Shown here: positions 1 through 8,992 of the stretch, piece by piece | How positions within the stretch are numbered: the first letter of the stretch is position 1 | How the letters are laid out: each line of letters starts with the position of its first letter | Virus record (IMG/VR): IMGVR_UViG_3300037461_000659 | Location: 1-26,083 of that record | DNA: 26,083 bases | Origin: a virus | Lineage: Duplodnaviria > Caudoviricetes | Strand: one strand, 5' to 3' | The notes under the pieces: model-generated | The model's input: the letters and a program-made list of their open reading frames with translations, nothing else | What the model was told of the DNA's origin: nothing | The model's database searches: none | Program-made: the position numbers and the translations under genes

Positions 1-2
1 AT

Positions 3-1313
3 TTGAGATTAAATGGAGACCTTGCATCAGGAAGTGCATTTTATTTTATAGGGACAGCCGATAATATAGAACTTACAGATACGGATGCTGAACAATCTTG
101 GGTTAATATTCAACCCAATATCAACCAATCAGGAACCGCAAGTTATAGCGCACTAAAAATAAGTGTATTAGAAACAGCAACAGGTTCAGGAAGCAAATAT
201 TTATTAGATACGGGAACGAGAGATGGAGCAGGAGTTCATACAAGTAAGTTAAGTATTACAAATGCCGGAGTGATAAATTTTCCGGCGGCGGGTAGGAATA
301 CCATTTTAATGTATCACAATACACCGAATGGGTTTCTCTTGGATAGTCAGAATGAAGATTTAACACTTTTATCTCGAACTGAAGGTTCTATATTTTTACG
401 GGCTGGTGGCACACTTCAACTTGATGGTGTGCGTGTCGGCACATACGCTGATTTGGCACTAACTCAAACATCAACAACCTTCCAAGGGGTAAAAATACTC
501 TACAACTATAATCAATCGGGAACAGCAGGAGCAACAGACTTTTTAATTTCCCGCTATGAACAGGCAGTAGGAAGTGGAAGCCAATTATTGATAGATGCGG
601 GGACGAACTCTGCGGCATCGGGTGGGGGAACACATACAAGCAAGTTTAGTGTAAGTAATGCTGGAATACTTCTGTTAGATGGGCCAATACGATTTGTAAA
701 TACAGGTTATTCTATTGGAAGAAATTCTGGAACTGGGGCATTGGATTTAGTAGGATATGGGGGTATTCATTTTCAAATTAATAATGATAGAGCGGCAAAT
801 AATGCATTTGATTTTGTATCTAATACTAATGTTGAACTCACAGATACAGACGCACAACAAGCATGGATGTATCTTGGACCAAAAATCAACCAATCAGGAA
901 CCGCAGGATACGAAGCACTAAAAATCAATGTAACGGAAACTGGAACAGGTAGTGGGGATAAAAACCTAATAGATGCACAGGTTGGTTCTGTTTCTAAGGC
1001 ACAAATCCAAAACACAGGTGCGTTCTCTTCGACCCTGATAAACAACGCCGACTCCGACACGGACGAAATAGATTCAGTAACATGGGCAGGAGGGTTCGGA
1101 ATGTTGATAGCCTGTTCCGTAACAGACTCTACGAGCGCAGTATGGCGCTTGAAAGGAACAACCTTTATTGCTGTTTCCGTAGACGGAGATTGGACTTCTA
1201 CAAAAGATACAGCGGCAAGTTACAATGTCTATTTTGAATCGGGGGCAATCAAACTTCAGAACAAGGTTGGCGACAATAAAAATGTCAAACTTGGTTTCTA
1301 CGGAATGTTATAA
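3..1313 (+). CDS. Tail-fibre/virion structural protein, C-terminal part (5' end probably outside the window)
   Basis: Open from the window edge; G/S/T/N-rich beta-type composition; three internal repeats containing NQSGTA...GSG..L(L/I)D; first gene of a structural cluster. Confidence 0.65.
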   Translation: MRLNGDLASGSAFYFIGTADNIELTDTDAEQSWVNIQPNINQSGTASYSALKISVLETATGSGSKYLLDTGTRDGAGVHTSKLSITNAGVINFPAAGRNTILMYHNTPNGFLLDSQNEDLTLLSRTEGSIFLRAGGTLQLDGVRVGTYADLALTQTSTTFQGVKILYNYNQSGTAGATDFLISRYEQAVGSGSQLLIDAGTNSAASGGGTHTSKFSVSNAGILLLDGPIRFVNTGYSIGRNSGTGALDLVGYGGIHFQINNDRAANNAFDFVSNTNVELTDTDAQQAWMYLGPKINQSGTAGYEALKINVTETGTGSGDKNLIDAQVGSVSKAQIQNTGAFSSTLINNADSDTDEIDSVTWAGGFGMLIACSVTDSTSAVWRLKGTTFIAVSVDGDWTSTKDTAASYNVYFESGAIKLQNKVGDNKNVKLGFYGML

Positions 1314-1325
1314 GGGGATAAAGAT

Positions 1326-1973
1326 ATGGCAGACATAATCTCACAATTTACGAAGGTGATGGACGACTTGGGAAATATCACCACATTCTACGGAAGTGGA
1401 TATAGCGGAACATCGGGTTTCTCTGCATACTCAGGCATATCGGGTTACAGCGGCGTGTCAGGATTCTCTGCGTACTCAGGCGTAAGCGGGTATTCTGCAT
1501 ATTCAGGCGTATCGGGTTATAGCGGAAGGTCAGGATTTTCGGCTTATTCAGGTGTATCGGGATACAGCGGCCTGTCAGGAGAAAGTCCTGGTGTTTCAGG
1601 ATTTTCAGGATACTCAGGATTTACAGGATGGAGTGGAACTTCAGGTCTGCCTGGCGGCGATTCAGGATATTCAGGCGTGTCGGGATATTCAGGAATCTAT
1701 TCAAATATTTTTGTAATTACCGATGCAACAGATACGTATACCATATTAAATACAGACCAAACTGTTATTTGTAATAAGGCAACACCATTCACAGTTACCC
1801 TTCCTGCAACAACTGTCGGTATCATGTTCTATATCGCTAATATCGGGGTGGGAACCGCAACGATAGATGCAGATTCGACTGATTTAATTAATGGATACGA
1901 AACAATCAGTCTTGGACAATGGGAGTCTATTCAGATACAATGCTACGTTGCTAATAATTGGATTTTAATTTAA
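1326..1973 (+). CDS. Short G-X-S (SGYSG) repeat fibre protein with C-terminal phage fibre beta-domain
   Basis: RBS AAGGGGA; about 100 aa of (G/A)-X-S triplets; C-terminal TVTLP..G..I.N.G.G..TID...I.G...W domain shared with 7381..8982. Confidence 0.75.
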   Translation: MADIISQFTKVMDDLGNITTFYGSGYSGTSGFSAYSGISGYSGVSGFSAYSGVSGYSAYSGVSGYSGRSGFSAYSGVSGYSGLSGESPGVSGFSGYSGFTGWSGTSGLPGGDSGYSGVSGYSGIYSNIFVITDATDTYTILNTDQTVICNKATPFTVTLPATTVGIMFYIANIGVGTATIDADSTDLINGYETISLGQWESIQIQCYVANNWILI

Positions 1974-1982
1974 GGAACAGGA

Positions 1983-3074
1983 ATGAGCGAGTTGACAAGT
2001 GGATTTCTTCCGAAGTGCGATGATTCCTCTATTGCAAGTGGGACTAGCGACAGGTTTCTGCGTTTGCTTCGGGAGAGTGTAGATTCGGGGACGGTGTTCA
2101 CAAATCAGATTGTTTCGACATATGCGTTGGTGTATACGCTTTCAGAGGCATATGCTGGAGGAGTTATTGCTCCTAATGGGGATGTATATTTTATTCCATA
2201 TAAAGCAAAAGTAGGACAAAAAATATCTTTAACGGGAACGGTTTCAACTTATTCTTTAGTTTATACAGCAGCAAGTACAAGTTGGGGTGGGGTTCTTGCT
2301 CCAAATGGTGATATACATTTTGTTCCAACATTATCAGGAGTAGGACAAAAAATAAATGCTTCAGGAATCGTTTCAACTTATTCTTTGATATATACAACAA
2401 ATATTTCTTTTCATAGTGGCGGGATTCTTGACCCTAATGGTAGTATTCATTTTGTACCCAGCAAAGCAATTGTTGGTCAAAAGGTTTCATCAGCAGGAAC
2501 AGTATCCACTTATTCTTTAGTATATACATTAACAGCAAGTGCAGCATATAGTGGTGGGGTTCTTGCTTTGAATGGGGATATACATTTTGTTCCCGTTAAT
2601 GCAACCGTAGGACAAAAAGTTTCGGCAGCAGGAGCAGTAAGCACTTATTCTTTGATTTATACTACTACTAATGCATATTATAGTGGGGTTCTTACTTTAA
2701 ATGGAGATATACATTTTTGTCCCGCATCCGCAACAGTTGGACAAAAGATTTCTTCTAGTGGAACGGTTTCAACTTATTCTTTAATATATACAAATATATA
2801 TGCTTATATATCGGGATATTTAACACCGAATGGAGAAATTCATTTTATCCCAAGTAACACTCCTGTTGGTCAAAAAATCTCTGCTTCAGGGGTAGTATCA
2901 ACTTATTCTTTAATTTATACCAATGCATATGCATATTATGGGGGGATAATTAGTCCTGATGGAACACTTTATACTTCTCCTGCAATTTGTACTGTCGGAC
3001 AAAAAATAAATGTGATGGCAGGAGAAAACTTTTCAAGAGCAGTATGTTGTTCACCATTCCTGAATAAATTTTAA
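1983..3074 (+). CDS. 7-repeat beta-propeller-like protein, paralog 1 (candidate receptor-binding/virion protein)
   Basis: Seven ~43-aa repeats GG(V/I)LxPNGDIHFxPxxxxVGQKISxxGxVSTYSL(V/I)YT; RBS AAGGA. Confidence 0.75.
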   Translation: MSELTSGFLPKCDDSSIASGTSDRFLRLLRESVDSGTVFTNQIVSTYALVYTLSEAYAGGVIAPNGDVYFIPYKAKVGQKISLTGTVSTYSLVYTAASTSWGGVLAPNGDIHFVPTLSGVGQKINASGIVSTYSLIYTTNISFHSGGILDPNGSIHFVPSKAIVGQKVSSAGTVSTYSLVYTLTASAAYSGGVLALNGDIHFVPVNATVGQKVSAAGAVSTYSLIYTTTNAYYSGVLTLNGDIHFCPASATVGQKISSSGTVSTYSLIYTNIYAYISGYLTPNGEIHFIPSNTPVGQKISASGVVSTYSLIYTNAYAYYGGIISPDGTLYTSPAICTVGQKINVMAGENFSRAVCCSPFLNKF

Positions 3075-3078
3075 CAGA

Positions 3079-4161
3079 ATGAGCAACCTAATAAACAAAT
3101 ATGTTCCCACCGCAAACGATAGTTCGATTGCATCTGGAGAGAGCGATAGATTTTTAAGAACTTTAAGAAATTATGCGGAGAAGGGTACGACATTTTCGAA
3201 AGAGATTGTTTCGACATATTCTTTAGTGTATACAAGGACTCAATCTTATACAGGAGGAATTCTTGCTCCAAATGGAGATATACATTTTGTTCCGTGTTAT
3301 GCGAACAGAGGACAAAAGATTTCTTTAGCAGGGATAGTATCTACCTATTCTTTAATATACACAACATCTAATGCATATGTAGGAGGAGTACTTGCTCCTA
3401 ATGGGGATATACATTTTATTACATCCGCTGCAACTGTAGGACAAAAAGTTTCTGCTTCTGGAACAGTATCTACTTATTCTTTAGTATATGCATTATGGGC
3501 AGGGTTTGCAGGAGGAATTCTTGCTCCGAATGGTGATGTACATTTTGTTCCGTGTTATGCAATTGTAGGAGAAAAAATTTCTTCAGCAGGGGTAGTATCT
3601 ACTTATTCTTTAGTGTATACGGTAGCAGAGGGTTTTGTAGGAGCAGTTCTCGCTCCTAATGGGGATATACATTTTATATCTCTAAAAGCAGCAGTAGGAG
3701 AAAAAATTTCTTCAGCAGGAACAGTATCTACTTATTATTTGGTGTATACAGTAGCACCAGGATATGCAGGAGGGGTTCTTGACCTAAATGGGGACATACA
3801 TTTTGCACCTTTTTCAGCAATAGTCGGACAAAAAATTTCTTCGGCAGGGGTAGTATCTACTTATTCTTTAGTGTATACAACAGCAGCCGCTTATCAAGGA
3901 GGAATTCTCGCTCCAAATGGAGATATACATTTTACACCTCGTAGAGCAACAGTCGGACAAAAAATTTCTTCGGCAGGGGTAGTATCTACTTATTCTTTAG
4001 TGTATACGGTAACAGATGCTTATACATGCGGGACTCTTACCCCAAATGGAGATGTATATTTTGTGCCTTATTCAGCAAATAGAGGTCAAAAAGTAGACGT
4101 ATGTGCAGCAGAACCCTTTTCTCTTGCTATCTGTGCATCTTCATATCTGAATAAATATTAG
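3079..4161 (+). CDS. 7-repeat beta-propeller-like protein, paralog 2
   Basis: Same repeat, 7 copies with 129-nt period; shared N-terminal DSSIAS.SDRFLR.LR and C-terminal C.S.(F/Y)LNK(F/Y). Confidence 0.75.
   Translation: MSNLINKYVPTANDSSIASGESDRFLRTLRNYAEKGTTFSKEIVSTYSLVYTRTQSYTGGILAPNGDIHFVPCYANRGQKISLAGIVSTYSLIYTTSNAYVGGVLAPNGDIHFITSAATVGQKVSASGTVSTYSLVYALWAGFAGGILAPNGDVHFVPCYAIVGEKISSAGVVSTYSLVYTVAEGFVGAVLAPNGDIHFISLKAAVGEKISSAGTVSTYYLVYTVAPGYAGGVLDLNGDIHFAPFSAIVGQKISSAGVVSTYSLVYTTAAAYQGGILAPNGDIHFTPRRATVGQKISSAGVVSTYSLVYTVTDAYTCGTLTPNGDVYFVPYSANRGQKVDVCAAEPFSLAICASSYLNKY
3822..4007 (+). repeat. Perfect 57-nt direct repeat (3822-3878 and 3951-4007) within propeller paralog 2
   Basis: agtcggacaaaaaatttcttcggcaggggtagtatctacttattctttagtgtatac occurs twice, 129 nt apart. 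Confidence 0.95.
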
Positions 4162-4170
4162 GAAACATAA

Positions 4171-5259
4171 ATGTTAAACAAAGGATTCTTACCAAGCGGC
4201 GACAACAGTTCAATCACTTCCGAAACGAGTGATAGATTTTTAAGACTGCTCAGAGATTGTGCGAGTGCGGGAAATTTTTCTTCGCAGGATATTGTTGCTA
4301 CTTATTCTTTGGTTTATACTGGTGCTAGTTTTTGGGGAGGAATATTATCTCCAAATGGGGATATTCATTATATTCCACGTAATGCAACGGTGGGTCAAAA
4401 AATTTCTGCGGCAGGAGTAATATCTACTTATTCATTAGTTTATACACTTACTAGTGCTTATATGGGTGGGGTACTTGCTCTAAATGGGGATATACATTTT
4501 ATGCCTTATGCTGCTGCCGTAGGTCAAAAAATTTCTGCATCTGGAGTCGTTTCTACTTATTCTTTGGTTTTTACTTCCTCAGAATCTTATGGCGGGGGGG
4601 TTCTTACCCCAAATGGAGATATACATATGATTCCCCGTAGTGCTCCCGTGGGGCAAAAAATTTCAGTAGCGGGGGTGGTGTCTACTTATTCTTTAGTTTT
4701 TACTACAGGGAGTGCTTATTCTGGAGGTGTTCTTGCTACGAATGGTGATTGTCATTTTGCCGCGTCTGGTGTTGGGACTTCTGTGGGTCAAAAAGTTTCA
4801 GTATTAGGAGTGGTCTCAACATATTCTTTAGTATATACTGGTGGAACTGCTCTTAGTTATGGTGCGGTTCTCTCTCAAAATGGCGATATACATTTTGTTC
4901 CTGCATTTACACCAGTTGGACAAAAAATTTCAACATCGGGAATAGTTTCAACCTATTCTTTGATATACACGGATAATATTTGGAAACACGTTGGAGGAGT
5001 TCTAATACCTAATGGAGAAATACACTTTATACCTCTTCGTACTTCCGTTGGGCAAAAAATATCTGCATCTGGAGTGGTATCAACATATTCTTTAGTATAT
5101 ACAATTAGTAATATGTATAGTGGGGGAATATTAGATTCAAATGGAGATATATATTTTATTAAAGGAAGTGCAGCAGCAGTAGGAACAAAAATCCACACCC
5201 TCTCTGCCAAACCTTTCCCTAAAGGAGTTTGCCTTTCGTCTTATTTGAACAAATACTAA
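4171..5259 (+). CDS. 7-repeat beta-propeller-like protein, paralog 3
   Basis: Same repeat, 7 copies; same N- and C-terminal caps as the two upstream paralogs. Confidence 0.75.
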   Translation: MLNKGFLPSGDNSSITSETSDRFLRLLRDCASAGNFSSQDIVATYSLVYTGASFWGGILSPNGDIHYIPRNATVGQKISAAGVISTYSLVYTLTSAYMGGVLALNGDIHFMPYAAAVGQKISASGVVSTYSLVFTSSESYGGGVLTPNGDIHMIPRSAPVGQKISVAGVVSTYSLVFTTGSAYSGGVLATNGDCHFAASGVGTSVGQKVSVLGVVSTYSLVYTGGTALSYGAVLSQNGDIHFVPAFTPVGQKISTSGIVSTYSLIYTDNIWKHVGGVLIPNGEIHFIPLRTSVGQKISASGVVSTYSLVYTISNMYSGGILDSNGDIYFIKGSAAAVGTKIHTLSAKPFPKGVCLSSYLNKY

Positions 5260-5265
5260 TAAATA
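5258..5265 (+). promoter_or_regulatory. T4-type late promoter-like box (AATAAATA)
   Basis: TAAATA core just upstream of RBS AGGAG and ATG 5282; the same arrangement recurs at other late genes. Confidence 0.6.
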
Positions 5266-5281
5266 AAGATAGGAGTAAAAA

Positions 5282-6733
5282 ATGAAAACAAATAAACAAA
5301 TCACGGATGAAATTCACGAAATTGCGTTAGGATTTTCTGAGGCATCGTACTGTACGCCTTATGTTGCTATCCTTCAGCCCCGTAGAGATTTTCGTGAAAC
5401 AGCCGCACAACAATTGCAGTCCCATATCAATAGGATGGTGGACTTTACAAGTATGTCGGTTTCATATCACGCCATTGACGGCAACCCTGTTGATGTTGCC
5501 GATAATTGGTTGATTGAACAGGCATTGAAAGATAATGCCAAGTATGCCCTCTTTATTGAAGAAGATACTGTCTTGCCTTCCCACGGAGCAGTCAGACTGA
5601 TTGAGACCTCACAAAAATATCCTGATGCAATCATCGTAGGTGTTTACTACGTGAAGTTCGGAGGGCCGATGATAAGTCAGTTGGATGAGGAACATAGGTG
5701 GACTTACATCGATGCCACTCCCAACACGGGATTGAGGAGAAATATTCCTTCGTGCGGATTGGGTTGCTGTTTGATTCCTCTTGATGTAATCAGAAAAATA
5801 AAAGCAAAATTCGTGGACATTCCCTTGTTCTGTATCGTTCCTGAAAAGTGTTGGGGTGATGATAGAGTGAAGGCTTTGGGTCAGGATACTTGGTTCTACA
5901 ACTTGGTGGCAAAGACGGGAATCGAAGTAATTTGCGACACTCACGTTCAATGTTTGCATATGGAATTGTCAACGGGAAAATATACGGCGCACCCTGATGT
6001 GAACTTGGACGATTACATTACGAATATTCCGTTGGCGGGGCCGTTGACTTTGAAAGACCGCAATCGTGTATCTGCGGATTACATCAGCAGAATGAGACAG
6101 CCGCAATACATCAACGGCTTGAATATTCCTATCAAGGAACTGCCGATTGACTACTCTGAAGACACACTTAAAAAAGTAACTGCCTGTTTGGAAGATGTCC
6201 AAGCCACACAGAACTACTATGAGATTGCAAGACTCTGCGAACGGGTAAAATCCCTACAGCCAAAAAGAATTTTGGAGATTGGTGTTGAAAAAGGCGGTAC
6301 GATGAATTTATTTTTAAACTTCGCACCTGAAGATGTTCTTTACGTGGGTGTGGATAACGCGATGCAATTCTTAATTAATAAAGAACACGGAGAGAACCAA
6401 ATTAAAACCTTCATCGAAAGAGACTCCACAAAAGATGCTACTGTAAAGGAAGTGATGAAACGGTTACAGGGTGAAAAGGTGGACTTCCTCTTTATCGATG
6501 GTGGGCATGATGAATGGATAGTCAGAAGCGATTTTGAAAAGTATTCCTCACTCGTTCGTGAAGGGGGATTGATTGCTTTCCACGATATCGACCCTTCACT
6601 AAATCGGGAACATTGTAAAGGTATTGGAAAACTGTGGAAGGAGTTAAAGGAAAAGTACGAAACAGAAGAATTTATCAACACGGAAGCAGAAGTCCATTTC
6701 GGCATCGGAATATTAAAGTATAACACTAAATAA
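5282..6733 (+). CDS. GT-A (family 2-like) glycosyltransferase fused to a class I SAM-dependent methyltransferase (Methyltransf_24-like)
   Basis: N-half: ALFIEEDTVLP (DxD-position motif), CGLGCCLI, GQDTWF, CDTHVQCLH. C-half: ILEIGVEKGGT, DFLFIDGGH, GGLIAFHD. Confidence 0.85.
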   Translation: MKTNKQITDEIHEIALGFSEASYCTPYVAILQPRRDFRETAAQQLQSHINRMVDFTSMSVSYHAIDGNPVDVADNWLIEQALKDNAKYALFIEEDTVLPSHGAVRLIETSQKYPDAIIVGVYYVKFGGPMISQLDEEHRWTYIDATPNTGLRRNIPSCGLGCCLIPLDVIRKIKAKFVDIPLFCIVPEKCWGDDRVKALGQDTWFYNLVAKTGIEVICDTHVQCLHMELSTGKYTAHPDVNLDDYITNIPLAGPLTLKDRNRVSADYISRMRQPQYINGLNIPIKELPIDYSEDTLKKVTACLEDVQATQNYYEIARLCERVKSLQPKRILEIGVEKGGTMNLFLNFAPEDVLYVGVDNAMQFLINKEHGENQIKTFIERDSTKDATVKEVMKRLQGEKVDFLFIDGGHDEWIVRSDFEKYSSLVREGGLIAFHDIDPSLNREHCKGIGKLWKELKEKYETEEFINTEAEVHFGIGILKYNTK

Positions 6734-6748
6734 CAGAGGAGGAATAAT

Positions 6749-7015
6749 ATGTTACCACACATTTTTGGAGAAAAGGTTTACGCAAGTTACGTATGGTTTG
6801 CGAATGCAGTAGCGTCTGAAGACCCTGGCACATTAAATCACGCCAAGAGATTAAAATTGGCAAGATTAATGATATCAAGCGATTGGGTTGGCGACCAATT
6901 TGTTAAAACTGATTTTAATGCACAGGGTTGGGATGACAACACATCTCAGGATACATTCAACAATAGATTGTCAGCATTAGCAACCAATCTTGTAAATTTA
7001 GGATTTGGCGACTAA
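6749..7015 (+). CDS. Small phage hypothetical protein, probably late/structural
   Basis: Strong RBS GAGGAGG; TAAATA box at 6727-6732; 88 aa. Confidence 0.7.
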   Translation: MLPHIFGEKVYASYVWFANAVASEDPGTLNHAKRLKLARLMISSDWVGDQFVKTDFNAQGWDDNTSQDTFNNRLSALATNLVNLGFGD

Positions 7016-7027
7016 AATTTTAAAATT

Positions 7028-7381
7028 ATGGGACGCCCAGCCCGATACAATGTTGACTTAGTTCGGGGAGATAGCAAGACCTACAGACTGACTTTTACGA
7101 ACTCTATCAACCAACCAATCGACATCACAACTTGGATTATCTACTACACCGTCAAAAGAACTGCGGCTGATTTGGATGCCGATGCCATCATCCGCAAGAC
7201 CATCACAATTCACACCGACCCAACCCACGGCATCACCGATATCGAGTTGGAAAATACCGACACTCAGAACTTGGATACGGTGGTTTATTGGCACGACATT
7301 CAGGCGAACGTAGCAGGGAAAATCAACACGATTTGCATAGGGCAATTGAACGTAATCGTTGATATCACAAGGGCGCACTAA
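7028..7381 (+). CDS. Small Ig-like/BppU-N-like virion adaptor protein
   Basis: RGDS..Y.LTF...PIDIT.W.I..TVK...G...I.L...DT pattern typical of phage baseplate-upper-like beta-sandwich domains; TAATG coupling to the next gene. Confidence 0.6.
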   Translation: MGRPARYNVDLVRGDSKTYRLTFTNSINQPIDITTWIIYYTVKRTAADLDADAIIRKTITIHTDPTHGITDIELENTDTQNLDTVVYWHDIQANVAGKINTICIGQLNVIVDITRAH

Positions 7382-8982
7382 TGCCAGAAACAGTACTTAG
7401 AACAAATTTTGTCGAAGGCGAACTCATCAACGTCAAGATAGAGGAACGCCCAACCGATTTCATCGTAACCTTTACCGAACAGGGATTGTCGGGCTACAGC
7501 GGCGTGTCGGGTCTAGGTCTGAGCGGCTACAGCGGCAAATCGGGGATTTCGGGTTGGTCAGGGGTGAGCGGCTACTCTGCGTGGTCAGGCGTATCGGGTT
7601 ATTCTGCTTACTCAGGTATATCAGGTTTTTCTGCGTGGTCGGGACGGTCAGGTTTTTCTGCTTACAGCGGCTACTCAGGCTACAGCGGCGTATCGGGCTA
7701 CAGCGGCCCTCGTGGTTTCATCGGCCCGGACGGAGTTTCAGGTTGGTCAGGGAAATCAGGCTTCAGCGGTTTTTCATCCGACAGCGGATTTAGCGGCTAC
7801 AGCGGCGAATCAGGCTACAGCGGCGAATCGGGTTTCTCAGGATTTTCGTCCGACAGCGGATTCAGCGGTTACAGCGGGATGTCGGGACTTGACGGCACAG
7901 TTGCTTTCTCAGGATTAAGCGGTTGGTCGGGTTGGAGCGGAGTCAGCGGTTTTGATGCACAGGCGGGATATTCTGGGCCTAGTGGGTGGTCAGGATATTC
8001 AGGTCTATCGGGCTACTCGTCTGACAGCGGTTGGAGCGGGATTTCGGGTTGGTCAGGCGTAAGCGGCTTCTCTGCGTACTCAGGCGTAAGCGGCTTCTCT
8101 GCCTACAGCGGTGAATCAGGATGGTCAGGCTACAGCGGCGAGTCGGGCTGGTCAGGATACAGCGGCGTATCAGGCTTCTCTGCGTACTCAGGCGTATCAG
8201 GCTACAGCGGCGATTCAGGTTGGTCAGGCTATTCTGCTTGGTCAGGAGTATCGGGCTACAGCGGCACATCAGGTTTTTCGGCTTACTCAGGCGAAAGCGG
8301 ATACAGCGGAGTATCAGGATTCTCTGCGTACAGCGGAGTATCGGGATACAGCGGCAAGTCAGGCTTCAGCGGCGTATCGGGTTTTTCGGCCTACTCAGGT
8401 GAAAGCGGTTATAGCGGCGTATCGGGATTTTCTGCGTGGTCAGGTGTGTCGGGCTACTCTGCCTACAGCGGTGTGTCGGGCTACTCAGGCCGAAGTGGTT
8501 GGAGCGGACTTGGTATCAGCGGCTACAGCGGCGTATCAGGTTACTCTGCATGGTCAGGGGTAAGCGGTTATTCTGCGTACAGCGGAGTGTCGGGCTACAG
8601 CGGAGCCTCTGGATTTTCTGCTTACTCAGGTGTATCGGGATACTCAGGTGTATCAGGATTCTCTGCCTATAGCGGCACGAGTGGCTATTCGGGATGGAGT
8701 GGTATTGGTGGAAGTTATCTTGGTAAAACCAACGTATCATCTACCTACAGCGTAGTACTAACTGATGAAGTCATTATTGCTACTTCAGGAACGTTCGATG
8801 TTGACCTTCCCGCCGCAACAGGGTCGGGAAGAGTATTGAGAATCAAAAATATCGGAACGGGAATAGTAACAGTTGACCCAAATGGAGCAGAGACGATTGA
8901 TGGGGAAGCGAATCAAACGCTTTCTCAAAATGATGGTATCTTCATTATGGACAATGCCGCTGGAATGTGGATTGTAATTTAG
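7381..8982 (+). CDS. Long G-X-S (SGYSG) repeat fibre protein with C-terminal phage fibre beta-domain
   Basis: About 400 aa of (G/A)-X-S triplets with X = Y/F/W/V/E/D; C-terminal domain homologous to that of 1326..1973. Confidence 0.8.
   Translation: MPETVLRTNFVEGELINVKIEERPTDFIVTFTEQGLSGYSGVSGLGLSGYSGKSGISGWSGVSGYSAWSGVSGYSAYSGISGFSAWSGRSGFSAYSGYSGYSGVSGYSGPRGFIGPDGVSGWSGKSGFSGFSSDSGFSGYSGESGYSGESGFSGFSSDSGFSGYSGMSGLDGTVAFSGLSGWSGWSGVSGFDAQAGYSGPSGWSGYSGLSGYSSDSGWSGISGWSGVSGFSAYSGVSGFSAYSGESGWSGYSGESGWSGYSGVSGFSAYSGVSGYSGDSGWSGYSAWSGVSGYSGTSGFSAYSGESGYSGVSGFSAYSGVSGYSGKSGFSGVSGFSAYSGESGYSGVSGFSAWSGVSGYSAYSGVSGYSGRSGWSGLGISGYSGVSGYSAWSGVSGYSAYSGVSGYSGASGFSAYSGVSGYSGVSGFSAYSGTSGYSGWSGIGGSYLGKTNVSSTYSVVLTDEVIIATSGTFDVDLPAATGSGRVLRIKNIGTGIVTVDPNGAETIDGEANQTLSQNDGIFIMDNAAGMWIVI
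7483..8703 (+). repeat. Degenerate 9-nt-period coding repeat (roughly 135 G-X-S triplets)
   Basis: Recurrent ggctacagc/ggcgtatcg/ggattctct/gcgtactca units with varied synonymous codons. Confidence 0.9.
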
Positions 8983-8992
8983 GGAGGGGAAA

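Noticed and set aside
1983-5259. CRISPR- or TIGR-like array from the 129-nt periodic repeats
   Set aside because: The repeats are in-frame protein blades with synonymous variation; no cas or Nop-domain gene in the window
1983-5259. Diversity-generating retroelement target
   Set aside because: No reverse transcriptase or non-coding template repeat in the window; variation includes indels and is not visibly adenine-specific. A remote DGR cannot be excluded
7483-8703. Canonical collagen or ice-nucleation protein
   Set aside because: Gly is frequently replaced by Ala/Ser and Pro is nearly absent; the 8/16-residue AGYGST repeats of InaZ are not present
7554-8740. Alternative-frame and antisense ORFs over the GxS repeat
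   Set aside because: Shadow ORFs produced by the GC-rich 9-nt repeat; no RBS; biased composition
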